From NCBI GenBank assembly GCA_963796105.1, contig CAWCKJ010000004.1:608001-672000 (forward strand): a stretch of DNA of 64,000 bases. The letters run 5' to 3'. The stretch comes from a candidate division FCPU426 bacterium. GTDB taxonomy: Bacteria; Oederibacteriota; Muellerivitia; Muellerivitales; Muellerivitaceae. Below are positions 61,698 through 64,000 of this stretch, piece by piece; the stretch's first letter is position 1; every line of letters begins with the position of its first letter. The notes below the pieces were generated by a model. It saw only the letters and a program-made list of their open reading frames with translations, had not been told where the DNA came from and made no database searches. The translations under genes were made by a program, and so were the position numbers.

Positions 61698-62642
61698 ATG
61701 AATCAAACGGCGCCGGGGGTATCCGTGAAAAAGCGTTCCAAGTCCAGAAACCATCTCAAGATCGCCGGGCTGACCCTCTTCTTGCTGGCCGGTTCCCTCT
61801 GCATCCACGCCTGCGGGAGCAATAACCCCCCCTCGAAACCAAGCGGCCCCGTCAACACCCCGACGTCCACCTTTACCCCCACCTCCTCGCCGACCAACCT
61901 CCCGACCCCGTCCCTTGTCGCGACTTGGACCATCAGCGGTCCCATGGGCCTGGCCGTCAGCGGCAACAGCCTTTATGCCTGTAGTTTCGGGACGCCTTCC
62001 AACGTGCAGAAATTCAACTTGAGCGGGACGCCCGACCCTACCTGGCCGAAACCCCAGGTCGATACGCCCTTCGGCATCGCCTTGGACGCGGGCGGCAACG
62101 TTTACGTCTCCAGCGACCACGGGGAAGCCGTCTATGAGTTCAATTCCATGGCCACCCCCGTCGCCACCTACGCCGCCACCAGCAATTCCCCGGCTGTGGC
62201 CCTGGACGCGAGCGGGAACGTTTACGCAGTCCTGGATTCCAACGCCATCGAGAAATTTTTCGCCAGCCAAATTGCCCCCAAGCAGTGGAACACCGGCAGT
62301 TGTCCCAAGGCCATCCAGATCGCGGGCTCGCCCCAGACGATATACGTGGGAACGATAGGAACGTCCTCCGAAAAGGGCACCTTCAACACCATGGATTTAA
62401 ACGGCGCCTACCTTAATAATTCCTGGTACACGTATCAAAATACCAGCGGGCTGGCGTTCAATAGCGCGGGGAACGTATATACGGTGGGCAACGCGCCGGA
62501 TTACGCCAAAGAGTTCACCCTCAGCGGCACCCTCTTGACCCAGTGGGGCCCTTACCGCTCCAACGGGGTCGCCGTGGACGGCAGTGATAACATCTACGTG
62601 TCGGACGACTCTAATAACGCCATATTGAAATTCACTCCCTGA
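61698..62642 (+). CDS. NHL-repeat beta-propeller lipoprotein
   Basis: IHAC lipobox, PT linker, PFGIALDAGGNVYVS-type repeats. Confidence 0.85.
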   Translation: MNQTAPGVSVKKRSKSRNHLKIAGLTLFLLAGSLCIHACGSNNPPSKPSGPVNTPTSTFTPTSSPTNLPTPSLVATWTISGPMGLAVSGNSLYACSFGTPSNVQKFNLSGTPDPTWPKPQVDTPFGIALDAGGNVYVSSDHGEAVYEFNSMATPVATYAATSNSPAVALDASGNVYAVLDSNAIEKFFASQIAPKQWNTGSCPKAIQIAGSPQTIYVGTIGTSSEKGTFNTMDLNGAYLNNSWYTYQNTSGLAFNSAGNVYTVGNAPDYAKEFTLSGTLLTQWGPYRSNGVAVDGSDNIYVSDDSNNAILKFTP

Positions 62643-62692
62643 CCTTTTTCTTTTTTCCCTGCGTTTTGCCAGGCAACCGCGCCCCGCTAAAA

Positions 62693-62950
62693 AACTTTTC
62701 ACCACAGGGGCTCAGAGACTCAGAGAAAGACGTAACCCTGGGTACAACTTTTCACCACAGGGGCTCAGGAGCCCAGAGAAAGAAATAACCCAGGGTAAAA
62801 CTTTTCACCACAGGGGCTCAGAGACCCAGAGAAAGACATTTTCCTGAGTACTGACAAAATCAATTTCTGCGAATTATCAGATAAGAAATATTCACCACAA
62901 AACTCTTCACACCGCAGTGAAGAATCGTGTCAGAACCCCAGAGAAAGGCC
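62693..62950 (+). repeat. Three 53-bp tandem units plus one long variant
   Basis: CTTTTCACCACAGGGGCTCAG begins at 62695, 62748, 62801; variant at 62891. Confidence 0.85.
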
Positions 62951-63097
62951 TGTCTCCGGCCACTTCTAATTCCAAACTCCTAATTCCTAATTTTTTTCTG
63001 CTATCAGTGTGTAGTGACCGCGATGGAATAATAATTCTCGGCCTGTAAACCGTTGCCGCTGCCGTCGATCCCGTCGGTGATGACATGGTTGGCGTAC

Positions 63098-63334
63098 TTA
63101 TCGGACGATGGTTTGTCCGGCCGGGGTTTGCTGGATTCCTGTCTTGGGTTTGGCCTTGCCCACGGGCAAAAGCGGGTGTTTCAGCTTGCTTAGGTCCACC
63201 TTTTTCATCGGCCCCGAATAGGGCGGCCTGGTATGGACCCTTTTGTGCTTAGCCGTGGGTGTGGCCTGCTGGGCCAAAGCTAAGGACGAGATCAGGAATA
63301 ATCCCGCCATTGCGAACTGGGTGAATCCCTTCAT
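63098..63334 (-). CDS. Small basic secreted protein
   Basis: AAGGAGG RBS before MKGF; signal ending ALA. Confidence 0.7.
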   Translation of the reverse strand: MKGFTQFAMAGLFLISSLALAQQATPTAKHKRVHTRPPYSGPMKKVDLSKLKHPLLPVGKAKPKTGIQQTPAGQTIVR

Positions 63335-63368
63335 AGATGCCTCCTTGAGAATTTTGCCGGCCACGGTA

Positions 63369-64000
63369 TTATTCCGTGTATTTGTCCACCACGCAGCCGG
63401 CGTGATCCGGGATAAACAATTCCCCGGCGGGAGTCACGCACAACCAGGTGGGTCCGTTGAACCCGTCGATCTCCCCCAGGTATTGCCCTTGGGTCGTGGC
63501 GTAAACCACGCGGGAATTAATAGTATCGGTGATAAGGAGATTGCCATAAAGATCCACTCCGATGCCGGAAGGGTACGACCCCAAAAGCACCGCCCAACTC
63601 GATTCATTGAGGGGTCCCACGTATTGGTATTGGGAATTGAATACCGAGACAATCCCGTGATTCGCGCCATTGATTCCCGCGGCATAAACATACCCGGACG
63701 CGTCGAGCGCCGCATCCTGCGGCACGAATGAGGGCCCCCCCGTGGTTTGCCGCAGGACGGAATCATCCTCCCAGGCAAGGTTCCAAACCATCCCCATCTC
63801 ATCGGGTACCACCAGGTTTCCATTGGAGTCTATTCTCACGCTCATGGGCACTATCATTTTTCCCTGGCCGCTCCAGGTGTAATCGTAGGTGCAATTGGGG
63901 GTTCCGAGCATATAACCCACCACCCCGCCCGTTATTTGGGCGATATAAAGCTCTCCGGCGGAATCAATGGCCATGCCGTTGGGCATATTAGCCGCGATGT
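63369..64000 (-). CDS. NHL-repeat protein, 5' part beyond the window
   Basis: PNGMAIDSAGELYI, PSGIGVDLYGNLLITDTINSRV; frame open to the window end. Confidence 0.85.
   Translation of the reverse strand, partial: IAANMPNGMAIDSAGELYIAQITGGVVGYMLGTPNCTYDYTWSGQGKMIVPMSVRIDSNGNLVVPDEMGMVWNLAWEDDSVLRQTTGGPSFVPQDAALDASGYVYAAGINGANHGIVSVFNSQYQYVGPLNESSWAVLLGSYPSGIGVDLYGNLLITDTINSRVVYATTQGQYLGEIDGFNGPTWLCVTPAGELFIPDHAGCVVDKYTE

Noticed and set aside
62693..62855. CRISPR array
   Set aside because: The variable parts are similar to each other rather than unique spacers, only three units, no cas genes in the window

Overview
Bacterial chromosomal window, probably a diderm from an uncultured lineage: Pro/Thr-stalked proteins with FlgD/T9SS-type C-terminal domains recall candidate phylum FCPU426 or FCB relatives (inference only). 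It contains (i) six Pro/Thr-rich exported proteins built as variable head + PT stalk, five ending in an FlgD-Ig/T9SS-like CTD; these share long DNA blocks in direct and inverted orientation, and one gene is frameshifted and has an IS in its upstream region; (ii) a housekeeping block (gcvT, lpdA, lipoate ligase family, ErpA/IscA, nadE, queD) with two apparent pseudo-enzymes (YfcE-like, SRAP-like) and a strongly structured intergenic element upstream of lpdA; (iii) two independent IS1595-family elements, each with imperfect TIRs and its own 8-bp TSD; (iv) signalling genes (3 PilZ, 2 STAS, CheX-like, membrane adenylate cyclase); (v) an accessory region (VOC, MazEF, Fic, Sel1, RelE/HigBA-type TA, TPR, beta-barrel and NHL genes) whose genes are punctuated by a dispersed TGTCCAC...GTGGACA palindromic repeat family, resembling a cassette array without attC sites or an integrase in the window. 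No rRNA, tRNA or CRISPR array was recognised. All family calls come from motif recognition by eye, not database searches.
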